Positions 48,833 to 56,930 of a DNA stretch of 64,000 nucleotides are shown in pieces. The notes beneath the pieces are model-generated. The model saw only the letters and a program-made list of their open reading frames with translations. It was not told the DNA's origin and did not search any database. The number at the start of each line of letters is the position of its first letter. Position 1 is the first letter of the stretch. A program made the position numbers and the translations under genes. The DNA is from an uncultured Bacteroidales bacterium (GTDB lineage Bacteria > Bacteroidota > Bacteroidia > Bacteroidales > UBA11471): the NCBI GenBank assembly GCA_947593515.1, contig CANQDQ010000002.1, forward strand, positions 115,471 to 179,470, written 5' to 3'.

Positions 48833-49645
48833 TCATACTTTTGTCGGGTTCACACCCAAGTGGTGCTGTACGTAGCGGCTGAAATAGGCTGTCGAGGAAA
48901 ATCCGAACATATCGGAAATTTGTACGAGCGAGAGCGTTTTGTCGCGCAGCAGGCGCGATATGTCGAGTATCGTGTAACGGTTTATCCAATAGTTGGCGGC
49001 ATATCCGCTCACCTTTTTTGAAACTTCCGACAGGTATTTGGCGGTTACGCACAAGCTGTCAGCATAGAAAGAGACTTCCCGATGCTCGCGATAGCTCCCC
49101 GCCTCCAACATTCTCAAAAAACGGCTCATGATAGAGGCGTTCTGCGTGGATATGTCGTTTTCGCCATAAAGGCGGGCATGGAAGTCGAAGAAATCGAGAA
49201 TGGCGTTCTGCATGGCGTTTATCAACGTTTCGCGATAGAAGCGGTGATTTGTATCTTGAATGCGCGATGCCAGCATTTTGAAATTGCGCCGACATAGGCT
49301 TTGCTGTTCGGGCGAAAGGTGCATCACGGGATTCAGAAACAGCGCCAGCGAGCCTTTCATGCCGTAGTTGCTCTGCGGCGTACACAGTTCGATGAAGCCG
49401 GGTTTTGCGTAGATGATTTCGGCTTGAAAATCGTCCGATGCCTCTACGTTCTCTACCATTTTCCGTTTGCGGATAATGGAGAGGTCGCCGGCGCGCATTT
49501 CAAATGTTTTTCCATTGAAAGTATAGCGGCACGTACCGCTTACGCAAAACAGATGCGCCAGATATTCGTCTTCAATATCTGTTTCCAGCCGTCGGTTCCA
49601 GTCGGTAACGATGATGTCGCTCGTTGTTTCCATATTTGTTTGCAC
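48833..49645 (-). CDS. AraC family transcriptional regulator
   Basis: 270 aa with an N-terminal cupin-like sensor and a C-terminal double HTH 'SFYADSLCVTAKYLSEVSKK...ISDMFGFSSTAYFSRYVQHHLG'. Confidence 0.85.
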   Translation of the reverse strand: MQTNMETTSDIIVTDWNRRLETDIEDEYLAHLFCVSGTCRYTFNGKTFEMRAGDLSIIRKRKMVENVEASDDFQAEIIYAKPGFIELCTPQSNYGMKGSLALFLNPVMHLSPEQQSLCRRNFKMLASRIQDTNHRFYRETLINAMQNAILDFFDFHARLYGENDISTQNASIMSRFLRMLEAGSYREHREVSFYADSLCVTAKYLSEVSKKVSGYAANYWINRYTILDISRLLRDKTLSLVQISDMFGFSSTAYFSRYVQHHLGVNPTKV

Positions 49646-49684
49646 AAAAATAGAAAGTATATTTGAAATGGCAATGCCATGATA

Positions 49685-49722
49685 TACAAAAAGAAAGCGA
49701 AAAAAATTTTTTTCGCTTTCTT
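49685..49722 (-). terminator. Hairpin terminator downstream of the DUF362 gene
   Basis: Palindrome agaaagcgaaaaaaa/tttttttcgctttct with flanking T and A runs. Confidence 0.6.
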
Positions 49723-49806
49723 TTTTTCTGCGGGCTTTCCGCCGACAGCCTCATCAACGCACAACAGCGGCTGTCGCAATGCTGCCCGCACCGGTGCTTT
49801 TCATGT

Positions 49807-50919
49807 TTATTTAATCACGGTCTTTTTCCCGTTTACGATATAGATGCCTGACGACAGCGATTTCAACGACAGGGCATTGGTGAGCAGCTTTACGCCTTCG
49901 AGGTTGTAAACGTTATAGCGCAGGGCATTGTCGGCTGTTACCGATTCCGTCGACGACGGCTCGTCGATGTCTATCAACTGGTAAGTGCGGCTGCCGAAGC
50001 CTATTTGTTCGGCATAATCGACAATGTGTGTTCCGTGCCGGCTCTCGATGCGCTGTTGGAGCGGTGAGGCATTGTCGCCCGAAGTCGATTCATGCTCGAA
50101 TACGAGATCGAGGCAGGCTTTGTCGAGTGCCACAGGGTCGAGCGACGCCAGAATGCCTATATCCCTCATTTGCGGTGCCGACGGATGCCCGTCGCAGTCG
50201 CAATCGACGGAAAGATTGTTCATGACATCGATGTAAATGACATGACCATGATAATAATCGTGTACCGATTTTGCCGCCGCAGCCATAGATTCGAGAAAAG
50301 CGTCCTGTCCGTTGGGCTGTCTGAATACATATCCCGGATCGCTGTACTCGCCGGCTGTATGGATAAGCGTTTTGCCTTCGCGCGACGCCATGCCGATACT
50401 CTGATTTTTCAGAACGCCGCCGAAGCCGCCCATGGCGTGTCCTTTGAAATGGGCAAGATTGATAAGAAAATCGTAGTTGGCGATATGGCTGCCCACGCGG
50501 TTGAATTGCAACCACTTCGTATCGGAAACGGGAATATCTGTCGTTCCTTCGCTATCCATCAAATCGACGGTGGCAATGGCGTTGTAGCCGCGCTCCTCGA
50601 TAGCTCGGAGGTGCGACTCCGTCGAGGAACGGTTGCCGCCGTAAGCCGTGTTGCATTCGACTATCGTACCCTTTACCTCGTCCACCAAATTCTTTATAAA
50701 TTCCGGACGCAGATGATAGCTTTGTGAAGATTCGCCCGTGCTTATCTTCACGGCGACGCGACCGGTTGCCTCCACACCGAGTGCTTTGTAAATTTTTACA
50801 AGCGATTCGGGCGTGATTTCCTGCGTGAAAAATACTTTTGAGGCGGTTTCCGTCTGTTCCTGCGCCTTTGCGCTCCACAACCCGAGCGCCAGAAAGGCAA
50901 TAAACAATCCTTTTTTCAT
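49807..50919 (-). CDS. DUF362 domain protein with signal peptide and T9SS C-terminal sorting domain
   Basis: 370 aa with the signal peptide 'MKKGLFIAFLALGLWSAKAQ'. The DUF362-like core includes 'HFKGHAMGGFGGVLKN' and 'VDCDCDGHP'. The C-terminus 'YNVYNLEGVKLL...LSSGIYIVNGKKTVIK' resembles the Por_Secre_tail. Confidence 0.72.
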   Translation of the reverse strand: MKKGLFIAFLALGLWSAKAQEQTETASKVFFTQEITPESLVKIYKALGVEATGRVAVKISTGESSQSYHLRPEFIKNLVDEVKGTIVECNTAYGGNRSSTESHLRAIEERGYNAIATVDLMDSEGTTDIPVSDTKWLQFNRVGSHIANYDFLINLAHFKGHAMGGFGGVLKNQSIGMASREGKTLIHTAGEYSDPGYVFRQPNGQDAFLESMAAAAKSVHDYYHGHVIYIDVMNNLSVDCDCDGHPSAPQMRDIGILASLDPVALDKACLDLVFEHESTSGDNASPLQQRIESRHGTHIVDYAEQIGFGSRTYQLIDIDEPSSTESVTADNALRYNVYNLEGVKLLTNALSLKSLSSGIYIVNGKKTVIK

Positions 50920-51052
50920 GTCGATATTTCAATAGGGGTTTCGTAAAATCCTTGAAAACAGAACAAAAATAGGAAATTGCGCGGCACCGATTGTTATAAA
51001 AATTTCGGTTAAATATGCACATATTTCGGTTTTGCATATTAACCCGACAATT

Positions 51053-51084
51053 CCAACGCCCCGCTATCGATAGCGGGGCGTTGG
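51053..51084. repeat. Perfect 32-nt palindrome (possible factor-independent terminator or operator)
   Basis: ccaacgccccgctatc|gatagcggggcgttgg, lying between the SusD-like stop (51100) and the DUF362 start (50919). There is no clear U-tract on either strand. Confidence 0.6.
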
Positions 51085-51099
51085 GAAAATAAACCGGTT

Positions 51100-53286
51100 T
51101 TAATATCCCGGATTTTGATTAAGACCTTCTCCCATAGGGATAGGCCATAGAAGCTGATACAAGTTATCTTGGCTTAGCCCCATAAAAGTTTCGCCCAATT
51201 GATTTCTTCTGATAAAATTCAGGTAACTTGGCGATTTTATTTGATAGTGCAGAGAAGCGATTGCTTTCAAAATGTCTGACTGATCGACAGTAAGATCTTT
51301 ATACGTACATAATTGGTCGATGTATTCTTTGGCTTTAGATGAATTTCCTGTATGATATAGACATTCTGCGGCTGTCAATATCACGTCTTTGTAATCAAGG
51401 CACGGATAGCATTCCTCTCCTGTTTCGATGGTCTGTCCGATGAGATATCCTAAAATACATTCCGAATTATTTTTGTATTCGGCAGCTTGGGAATGTTCCA
51501 AGTGATAATTGCCGCCATTTATGACTTCCTCCAATAAAGGCAAGGCTTTGTCGAATTTCTTTTGGTTGCAAAAGAGGTAAGCGAGCAGGGTTCGTGCCAC
51601 ATCTTTGGAAACGAAAAGCATACTATTGGCATCGTGAAAAGCGTCATAACGGTGTTCATTCAAGTCGGTCATGGCATCGACCAGCATTTCCTCCAATTTT
51701 GAAAGGATTTCTGCTTCCTCTGTTCGTGGTAAGTCGTAGTCGTAGGAATAACTCATTATGAAAGGAACACCTCCCCAACGTGAAGATAACTGATAGTAGG
51801 CTAACGCAAGATGAGTATCGATAAAAGACTGGTAACAGTTCGACTTATCTGCATCAGCCTCTTTTAACGACAGCCAAATATTGATAGCTCGGTAGTAATA
51901 ACTCCACGTATTTCTGATTCTATCATCTGATGCCTGATAGGGAACGGGATTGCTAAAATCCTCTTGATAGGCATAAGCTGTTTGCAAATTGAGTTGAGCC
52001 GAAATGGCATTTCTCATGGACACCATACATAACTCCACAAGATCTCTCCCGTCACTGCCAAGTTTTACGGGATCGTGCTTAATCCAATAATCTTTGTCGC
52101 CTTGTTGCTTAACAGCGATTTTGGCAGCGACCCTACCTCTTGCATTATAAACAGTAATGACGGCCGATAGGTCTTCTCTAAATTGTGCCGGTGCAATTTT
52201 AATGCTGATGACATCTTTGTTAATTGCTATGTCTATCTTTATAGATGTTGGAATGTTTATGTCCCTATCTTCATATAGTTTGATAGAGAACATTGGCTGT
52301 ACCTCTTCTGGGTAGATGTCATCTGATTCAAATGCGGGAGGATTTAGAAAATAAGGCTTGTCGGATTTAATGATAATAGCATATTCTCCGCCTTCGGTCG
52401 GTACATTCAGCTCATTTTCACTAAGTGTAACAGCATCAGATTCATCTAATTCATTTCCGGCTATGCCGTCATTGTCCCAGTCGAAATAATAAGCCAAATC
52501 CTTGATAGCGATTTCTTTTCCTAATTCTTTATAACGATTTTTGAGATTTTCGGAAATTCTATCCAACCTTTCATTCAAGTAGCCTATACCTGATTGTATC
52601 TTTTTCTTTGTTTCTTGGCTAAAAGCTCCTTCGGCGCCAAACTCATTGGTTAGTATAGAGAGAAACTCAACGATTTCGGCATCGGACCTATCGGTTAAAA
52701 TCAAAGCGGTTATGGCTATTAATGCACCGGAGGCATCGTCTCCGGAAGTGATGGAGAATTGGCTTATATCTTTTGACGCATATTTTTGCAACCCGAATTG
52801 GGTAAGCAATTCTTCTTGGGCTTGTGCATTCGCCTGTTTGTATGTCTGGTCTTCTGTTGTTACCAAATGGCGGATTCGTGTACTCATCAAATGGGTTAAT
52901 ACATTGATGTTGATTGTATTGTTGTTGTTCAAATCGACAATAGCGTCTAATTGGATCGTACCCTCCGACAACTCTCCATGCACTTCGTTAAAGAAGTAAC
53001 CGCCAACCGTCAGTTTGGCATACGAATTATTTATTTTGAGCGCTTCATAATTGAAGTCCCCGAAGTCGTTGTCGATAGTGGCGGTGTAAGAGTTGCCGGT
53101 AGGAGTCAAAGATTCATCTAATGTTCGTATTTCTACGTGAGAACCACGAATCATCGATTCTGCCTTTCCTTTTACATTGAATACATTAGGAGAAACACTC
53201 CCTTCGGTTTCTTCGTCGTTGCATGAGGATAGTGCAAAAACGAATGTGGCGGATAAATAAAAAATCTTTTTTAATTTCATACGCAT
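51100..53286 (-). CDS. Chimeric lipoprotein: about 400-aa non-SusD N-terminal region (including an Ig/BACON-like segment) fused to a RagB/SusD-like C-terminal half
   Basis: 728 aa with the lipobox 'FALSSC'. The C-terminal part carries SusD hallmarks: 'WSYYYRAIN', 'HLALAYYQLSSRWGGVPFI', and the terminal 'WPIPMGEGLNQNPGY'. The gene is A+T-rich and has no adjacent SusC/TonB-dependent receptor gene. Confidence 0.6.
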   Translation of the reverse strand: MRMKLKKIFYLSATFVFALSSCNDEETEGSVSPNVFNVKGKAESMIRGSHVEIRTLDESLTPTGNSYTATIDNDFGDFNYEALKINNSYAKLTVGGYFFNEVHGELSEGTIQLDAIVDLNNNNTININVLTHLMSTRIRHLVTTEDQTYKQANAQAQEELLTQFGLQKYASKDISQFSITSGDDASGALIAITALILTDRSDAEIVEFLSILTNEFGAEGAFSQETKKKIQSGIGYLNERLDRISENLKNRYKELGKEIAIKDLAYYFDWDNDGIAGNELDESDAVTLSENELNVPTEGGEYAIIIKSDKPYFLNPPAFESDDIYPEEVQPMFSIKLYEDRDINIPTSIKIDIAINKDVISIKIAPAQFREDLSAVITVYNARGRVAAKIAVKQQGDKDYWIKHDPVKLGSDGRDLVELCMVSMRNAISAQLNLQTAYAYQEDFSNPVPYQASDDRIRNTWSYYYRAINIWLSLKEADADKSNCYQSFIDTHLALAYYQLSSRWGGVPFIMSYSYDYDLPRTEEAEILSKLEEMLVDAMTDLNEHRYDAFHDANSMLFVSKDVARTLLAYLFCNQKKFDKALPLLEEVINGGNYHLEHSQAAEYKNNSECILGYLIGQTIETGEECYPCLDYKDVILTAAECLYHTGNSSKAKEYIDQLCTYKDLTVDQSDILKAIASLHYQIKSPSYLNFIRRNQLGETFMGLSQDNLYQLLWPIPMGEGLNQNPGY

Positions 53287-53694
53287 TGCGTTTAGAGTGG
53301 TCTTACAGCCCTATCAACCATTATTAAGATAGAAGAAGCGTGGACAGAATTGCCACGTCTTGATTTGAGGGCTCTGAGAATGCCTGTGAGCAGATGTAAC
53401 AATAGTAGTCCACGCTTATTGCGTGGAAGCCACTATGCTATCTTTGCTCGGTCGAAAATTTCTCAGATTCTCAAATCACAAGATAAGCATAACGCTTCTT
53501 ATTTCACAAAATGTCTTGATCCGATCTACATCGGTTCTAATTATTGCAAAGATAATCAAAATTGTTGGAATGCGAGTTTTCGTTATGTTAAAAATTTTCT
53601 TTGATGGCGGAAAGGTATAAAATACGAATCCGGTCTGTATAGTGTTGCTGCAATTAATCAGGCGTATGTGCAGCCTCTTTGCCGGTAGGAAATT

Positions 53695-53737
53695 CAAAAA
53701 ACGCCACGCGGTCGGAAAAAGATTCCGACCGCGTGGC
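53695..53737 (-). terminator. Rho-independent terminator downstream of the CAT-anticodon tRNA
   Basis: 14-bp stem gccacgcggtcgga/tccgaccgcgtggc followed by a U-tract on the minus strand. Confidence 0.85.
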
Positions 53738-53748
53738 TCTTACGATTG

Positions 53749-53822
53749 TGGTCCCACAAGGGCTTGAACCTTGGACCACCTGATTATGAGTCAGATGCTC
53801 TAACCAACTGAGCTATGGGACC
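53749..53822 (-). tRNA. tRNA with CAT anticodon (Met, or Ile2 if lysidine-modified)
   Basis: The reverse complement is GGTCCCATAGCTCAGTTGGTTAGAGCATCTGACTCATAATCAGGTGGTCCAAGGTTCAAGCCCTTGTGGGACCA. It forms a clean cloverleaf with anticodon loop CTCATAA. Confidence 0.88.
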
Positions 53823-53993
53823 GTTTTTCGACGATTATCGCCCCGTCTTTGGCGCAGGGGCTGTTTCGAAAAAGCGATGCAATATTACGACATTTTTCCG
53901 AACCGACAAAATTATTTTTCCGCTTTTTTGCGCAATCCGATGAAATCGTCTTTTTTCGCAGCACGTACTGCTCTGCCCCACAACGGATTTTAC

Positions 53994-54027
53994 AAAAAAA
54001 CAAGGCGAGCCGCAAATGCTCGCCTTG
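53994..54027 (-). terminator. Rho-independent terminator downstream of tRNA-Cys
   Basis: 10-bp stem caaggcgagc/gctcgccttg followed by a 7-U tract on the minus strand. Confidence 0.85.
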
Positions 54028-54031
54028 TAAG

Positions 54032-54102
54032 AGGTTCCTAGCAGAATCGAACTGCTGTAAACGGTTTTGCAGACCGGCGCCTAACCACTCGACCAAGGAA
54101 CC
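54032..54102 (-). tRNA. tRNA-Cys (anticodon GCA)
   Basis: The reverse complement is GGTTCCTTGGTCGAGTGGTTAGGCGCCGGTCTGCAAAACCGTTTACAGCAGTTCGATTCTGCTAGGAACCT, with anticodon loop CTGCAAA. Confidence 0.9.
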
Positions 54103-54165
54103 TTGTTAGGATTTCGGCGACAAAGATAGACAAAATTTCGTATTCTGCAAACGCTTTTCCGTTTT

Positions 54166-54348
54166 TTATTTGCTTTTCTTGTTTTTTGCGCCGGAGTTTT
54201 TCGGTTTGCCGCACTGTGCCGCCGACTTGCAGCCGCCGCACCCGCAGGAGCATTTCGGCGTCTGTCCGCGACTTATGCGCACGATGCGCACCGCCACGTA
54301 GGCGAGAATGCCCACTCCTATCGCTCCGACAATGATTTGCTGCCACAT
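54166..54348 (-). CDS. FeoB-associated Cys-rich membrane protein
   Basis: 60 aa with one TM helix followed by 'CSCGCGGCKSAAQCG'. It lies immediately downstream of feoB. Confidence 0.75.
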   Translation of the reverse strand: MWQQIIVGAIGVGILAYVAVRIVRISRGQTPKCSCGCGGCKSAAQCGKPKNSGAKNKKSK

Positions 54349-54351
54349 ATC

Positions 54352-56751
54352 TCAAACGAATAGTTTTCCGATGTTGAATATCAGGAACGACACCACCCAC
54401 GCAAATGCCGTGTTATAAAGCATGGAGAAAATACCCCACCGCCAACTTCCCGTCTCCTTGACAATGGCGGCTACGCTTGCTAAACACGGGAAATAGAGCA
54501 GCACGAACGCCATGAAACTGATCGCTATCAAAGGCGTGAAGTCGGGTTCGCCCGTTTCGGGGTCGGGCGCCGTCAGCCGCTGCCGCAGCGAGGTGCTCTC
54601 CTCGTCGAGGTTGGCATCGCCGGCATACAGCACGCCGATGGTACTTACCACGATTTCTTTGGCTCCTACGCCGGAAAGGAGGGCGATGTCTATTTTCCAG
54701 TTGAAACCGAGCGGCTCCATGACAGGCGCCACAAACTGCCCCAGCCGTCCTAAATAGGAATTTTTCTGATGTTCGGAAAGTTCAGTCGGCGTATCTGGTG
54801 CGTCGCCGGCAGCCGGACGCGGATAGTAGCTGAGAAACCATACGGCTATGGCAGCCACCAGTATGATGCCGCCCATTTTGCGGAGATATTGTTCGGCTTT
54901 GCTCCACATATGGCGCAGCGTGGCTTTCATGGTAGGCACGCGATAGGGCGGCAGCTCCATGACGAAAGGCGTTTCGTCTTTTTTGAAATAAAAGCGTCGC
55001 AGCAGGCGTGCCGTAACCACCGCCGCCAGTATGCCCAGCGCATAAAGCCCCATGAACACGAAGCTGGCGTGAGCGGCGAAAAATGTTCCGATAAGCAAAA
55101 CATAAACCGGCAGGCGCGCGCTGCACGAGATAAACGGGTTGATGAGTATCGTTATCAGCCGGCTGCTGTGGCTTTCGATAGTACGGGTCGCCATAATGGC
55201 GGGCACGTTGCAGCCGAATCCCATGACCAGCGGAATGAACGACTTGCCGTGCAGCCCCACCTTGTGCATGATTTTGTCCATGATGAATGCCGCCCGCGCC
55301 ATGTAGCCCGAGTCTTCCATGAACGATATGAACAGGTAGAGTATCAATATGTTGGGCAGGAATACGATGACGCTGCCCACACCCCCTATCACGCCGTCGA
55401 TAAGGAGATCTTTCAACGGACCTTCCACCATGGTGCGCTCGATGAATGCGCCAAGCGCATCGACGCCCGTCTCTATCCACTCCATCGGATAGGCGCCGAG
55501 CATGAATGTCGCTTCGAACATCACCCACATAATCAATAGAAATATGGGGAATCCGAAAAGTTTGTGCGTTACAATCGTGTCGATAAGGTGGGTCGTCGAA
55601 ATTTCCGATTTCTCGCCCGGCACGAGCGTTTCGCGCAGGGCGCCCGATATGAAGCCGTATTTTTCGTTGGCAATGACCGTTTCCGCATTCTCGCCGAATG
55701 CCGTTTCTATGCGGCGGCACTCCTTGTCGCGCAGGGCAAGCCACTTGTCGTAATCGGGTTCTTTCGACAGGCGCCATTCTATTTCGCTGTCGTTTTCGAG
55801 CAGCTTGATTGCCAGATAGCGGGGCGACAGGTAATATTCCGATTGCAGCCCCTCTTTGAGGGCGTTTTTCAGCACCTCTATCCCCGACTCCACCACCGTG
55901 CCGTGATTGATGTGCACGTGGCGCACGACGGGGTCTTTGCGTTCATACACGCGGATAATCGTGTCGAAAAGTTCATCGACGCCCCACCCCGTGCGCGATA
56001 TGACGGGCACCATCGGTACGCCTATCATGCCGCCCAGAGCCGTGTAGTCGAATTTGTCGCCGCTCTGTTCCAGTTCGTCGTACATATTCAGCGCCACCAC
56101 CATGCGCAAGTCCATGTCGATAAGTTCGGTCGTCAGGAAAAGATTTCGTTCGAGGTTCGACGCCACGACCACATTCACGATGACGTCGGGCTGGTGCTCG
56201 GACAGGTAGCGCCGCACATACAGCTCTTCGGGCGAATATGCCGACAGCGAATAGGTGCCCGGCAGGTCGAAAATATTGAAATGATAGCCTTTGTAATTGA
56301 AATTTCCCTCTTTCACATCGACCGTTACGCCGCTGTAATTGCCCACGTGCTCGTGTGCGCCCGAAGCGATGTTGAAAAGCGTGGTCTTGCCGCAGTTGGG
56401 ATTTCCCACCAGAGCGATGTTTATCATGCGCGACGAGCGGTCGGCAGCCGCCCGTATGCGTTCGTCGGCAGTCAGTTCGTCGGTCAGTACGCCGGAAGTT
56501 TCCATCGGCAGCACGCCGTCCGCCTCTTCGGGCGTCATCACCTCTATCAATGCGGCTTCGCTGCGCCGCAAGGAAACTTCGTAGTCGAGTATCTGATATT
56601 TGATAGGGTCTTTCAAAGGGGCATTCAAGAGCACTTTTACCTTCTTGCCCCGCACGAATCCCATTTCGATGATGCGCTTGCAAAATGCGCCGTGTCCCAA
56701 AACTTTCGTTATAATCACCTCCCGTCCGGTCGGAATCTCGGAAAGCCTCAT
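54352..56751 (-). CDS. feoB: Ferrous iron transporter, fused FeoA-FeoB
   Basis: 799 aa. The N-terminal FeoA SH3-like region is 'VLGHGAFCKRIIEMGFVRGKKVKV'. The G-domain shows 'VGNPNCGKTTLFN' and 'DLPGTYSL'. A polytopic C-terminal permease follows. Confidence 0.94.
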   Translation of the reverse strand: MRLSEIPTGREVIITKVLGHGAFCKRIIEMGFVRGKKVKVLLNAPLKDPIKYQILDYEVSLRRSEAALIEVMTPEEADGVLPMETSGVLTDELTADERIRAAADRSSRMINIALVGNPNCGKTTLFNIASGAHEHVGNYSGVTVDVKEGNFNYKGYHFNIFDLPGTYSLSAYSPEELYVRRYLSEHQPDVIVNVVVASNLERNLFLTTELIDMDLRMVVALNMYDELEQSGDKFDYTALGGMIGVPMVPVISRTGWGVDELFDTIIRVYERKDPVVRHVHINHGTVVESGIEVLKNALKEGLQSEYYLSPRYLAIKLLENDSEIEWRLSKEPDYDKWLALRDKECRRIETAFGENAETVIANEKYGFISGALRETLVPGEKSEISTTHLIDTIVTHKLFGFPIFLLIMWVMFEATFMLGAYPMEWIETGVDALGAFIERTMVEGPLKDLLIDGVIGGVGSVIVFLPNILILYLFISFMEDSGYMARAAFIMDKIMHKVGLHGKSFIPLVMGFGCNVPAIMATRTIESHSSRLITILINPFISCSARLPVYVLLIGTFFAAHASFVFMGLYALGILAAVVTARLLRRFYFKKDETPFVMELPPYRVPTMKATLRHMWSKAEQYLRKMGGIILVAAIAVWFLSYYPRPAAGDAPDTPTELSEHQKNSYLGRLGQFVAPVMEPLGFNWKIDIALLSGVGAKEIVVSTIGVLYAGDANLDEESTSLRQRLTAPDPETGEPDFTPLIAISFMAFVLLYFPCLASVAAIVKETGSWRWGIFSMLYNTAFAWVVSFLIFNIGKLFV

Positions 56752-56787
56752 ATTATCGCGATTTTTATCTGTTCTTGTTTACTTCTG

Positions 56788-56795
56788 CAAAAGTA
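56788..56795 (-). promoter_or_regulatory. -7 motif TACTTTTG (minus strand) upstream of feoAB
   Basis: Plus-strand caaaagta, 37 nt upstream of the start at 56751. Confidence 0.5.
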
Positions 56796-56901
56796 GTTAT
56801 TTATTTTCATTCTACATAACGATGATGCAATTTTTTTTATTTCGTCTTTCTGTTTTTTCTTCTTTTTTTCTAAAATATGTCAATCGTTTCGAATTAATTT
56901 T

Positions 56902-56909
56902 TATCTTTG
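56902..56909 (+). promoter_or_regulatory. -7 motif TATCTTTG upstream of the CotH-like gene
   Basis: TAnnTTTG match about 22 nt upstream of the ATG at 56931. Confidence 0.55.
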
Positions 56910-56930
56910 CGCAAAATATAGATGAGTTAT

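Noticed and set aside
48833-49645. AraC gene as cargo of the low-GC island
   Set aside because: Its G+C content looks like the chromosomal background, and the composition shift occurs in the spacer downstream of it.
45472-49700. Integrative element with att sites (a duplicated tRNA-Ser 3' end) and an integrase
   Set aside because: I looked for a second copy of the tRNA 3' segment (ggttcgaatccctctctttcc) at the far side of the low-GC patch and saw none. No integrase, recombinase or transposase ORF is present. It is therefore reported as a compositional island, not as a mobile element.
53350-53697. Small ORFs (61-84 aa) in the A+T-rich spacer upstream of the SusD-like gene
   Set aside because: They overlap each other in different frames, are rich in I, K, F and L as expected from random A+T-rich DNA, and have no start context.
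53800-54109. 98-aa and 86-aa ORFs between and across the two tRNA genes
   Set aside because: They overlap the tRNA-CAT and tRNA-Cys genes and their terminators, so they are not credible coding sequence.
54769-56796. Several 236-410-aa ORFs in alternative frames or strands across feoB
   Set aside because: They are all nested in the FeoA-FeoB gene, are R/H/G-rich, and show no independent start signals.
56752-56930. Fur box upstream of feoAB
   Set aside because: Only weak AT-rich half-site resemblance (for example 'attatcgcgat') was seen, and nothing close to the 19-bp GATAATGATAATCATTATC consensus. It cannot be supported by eye.
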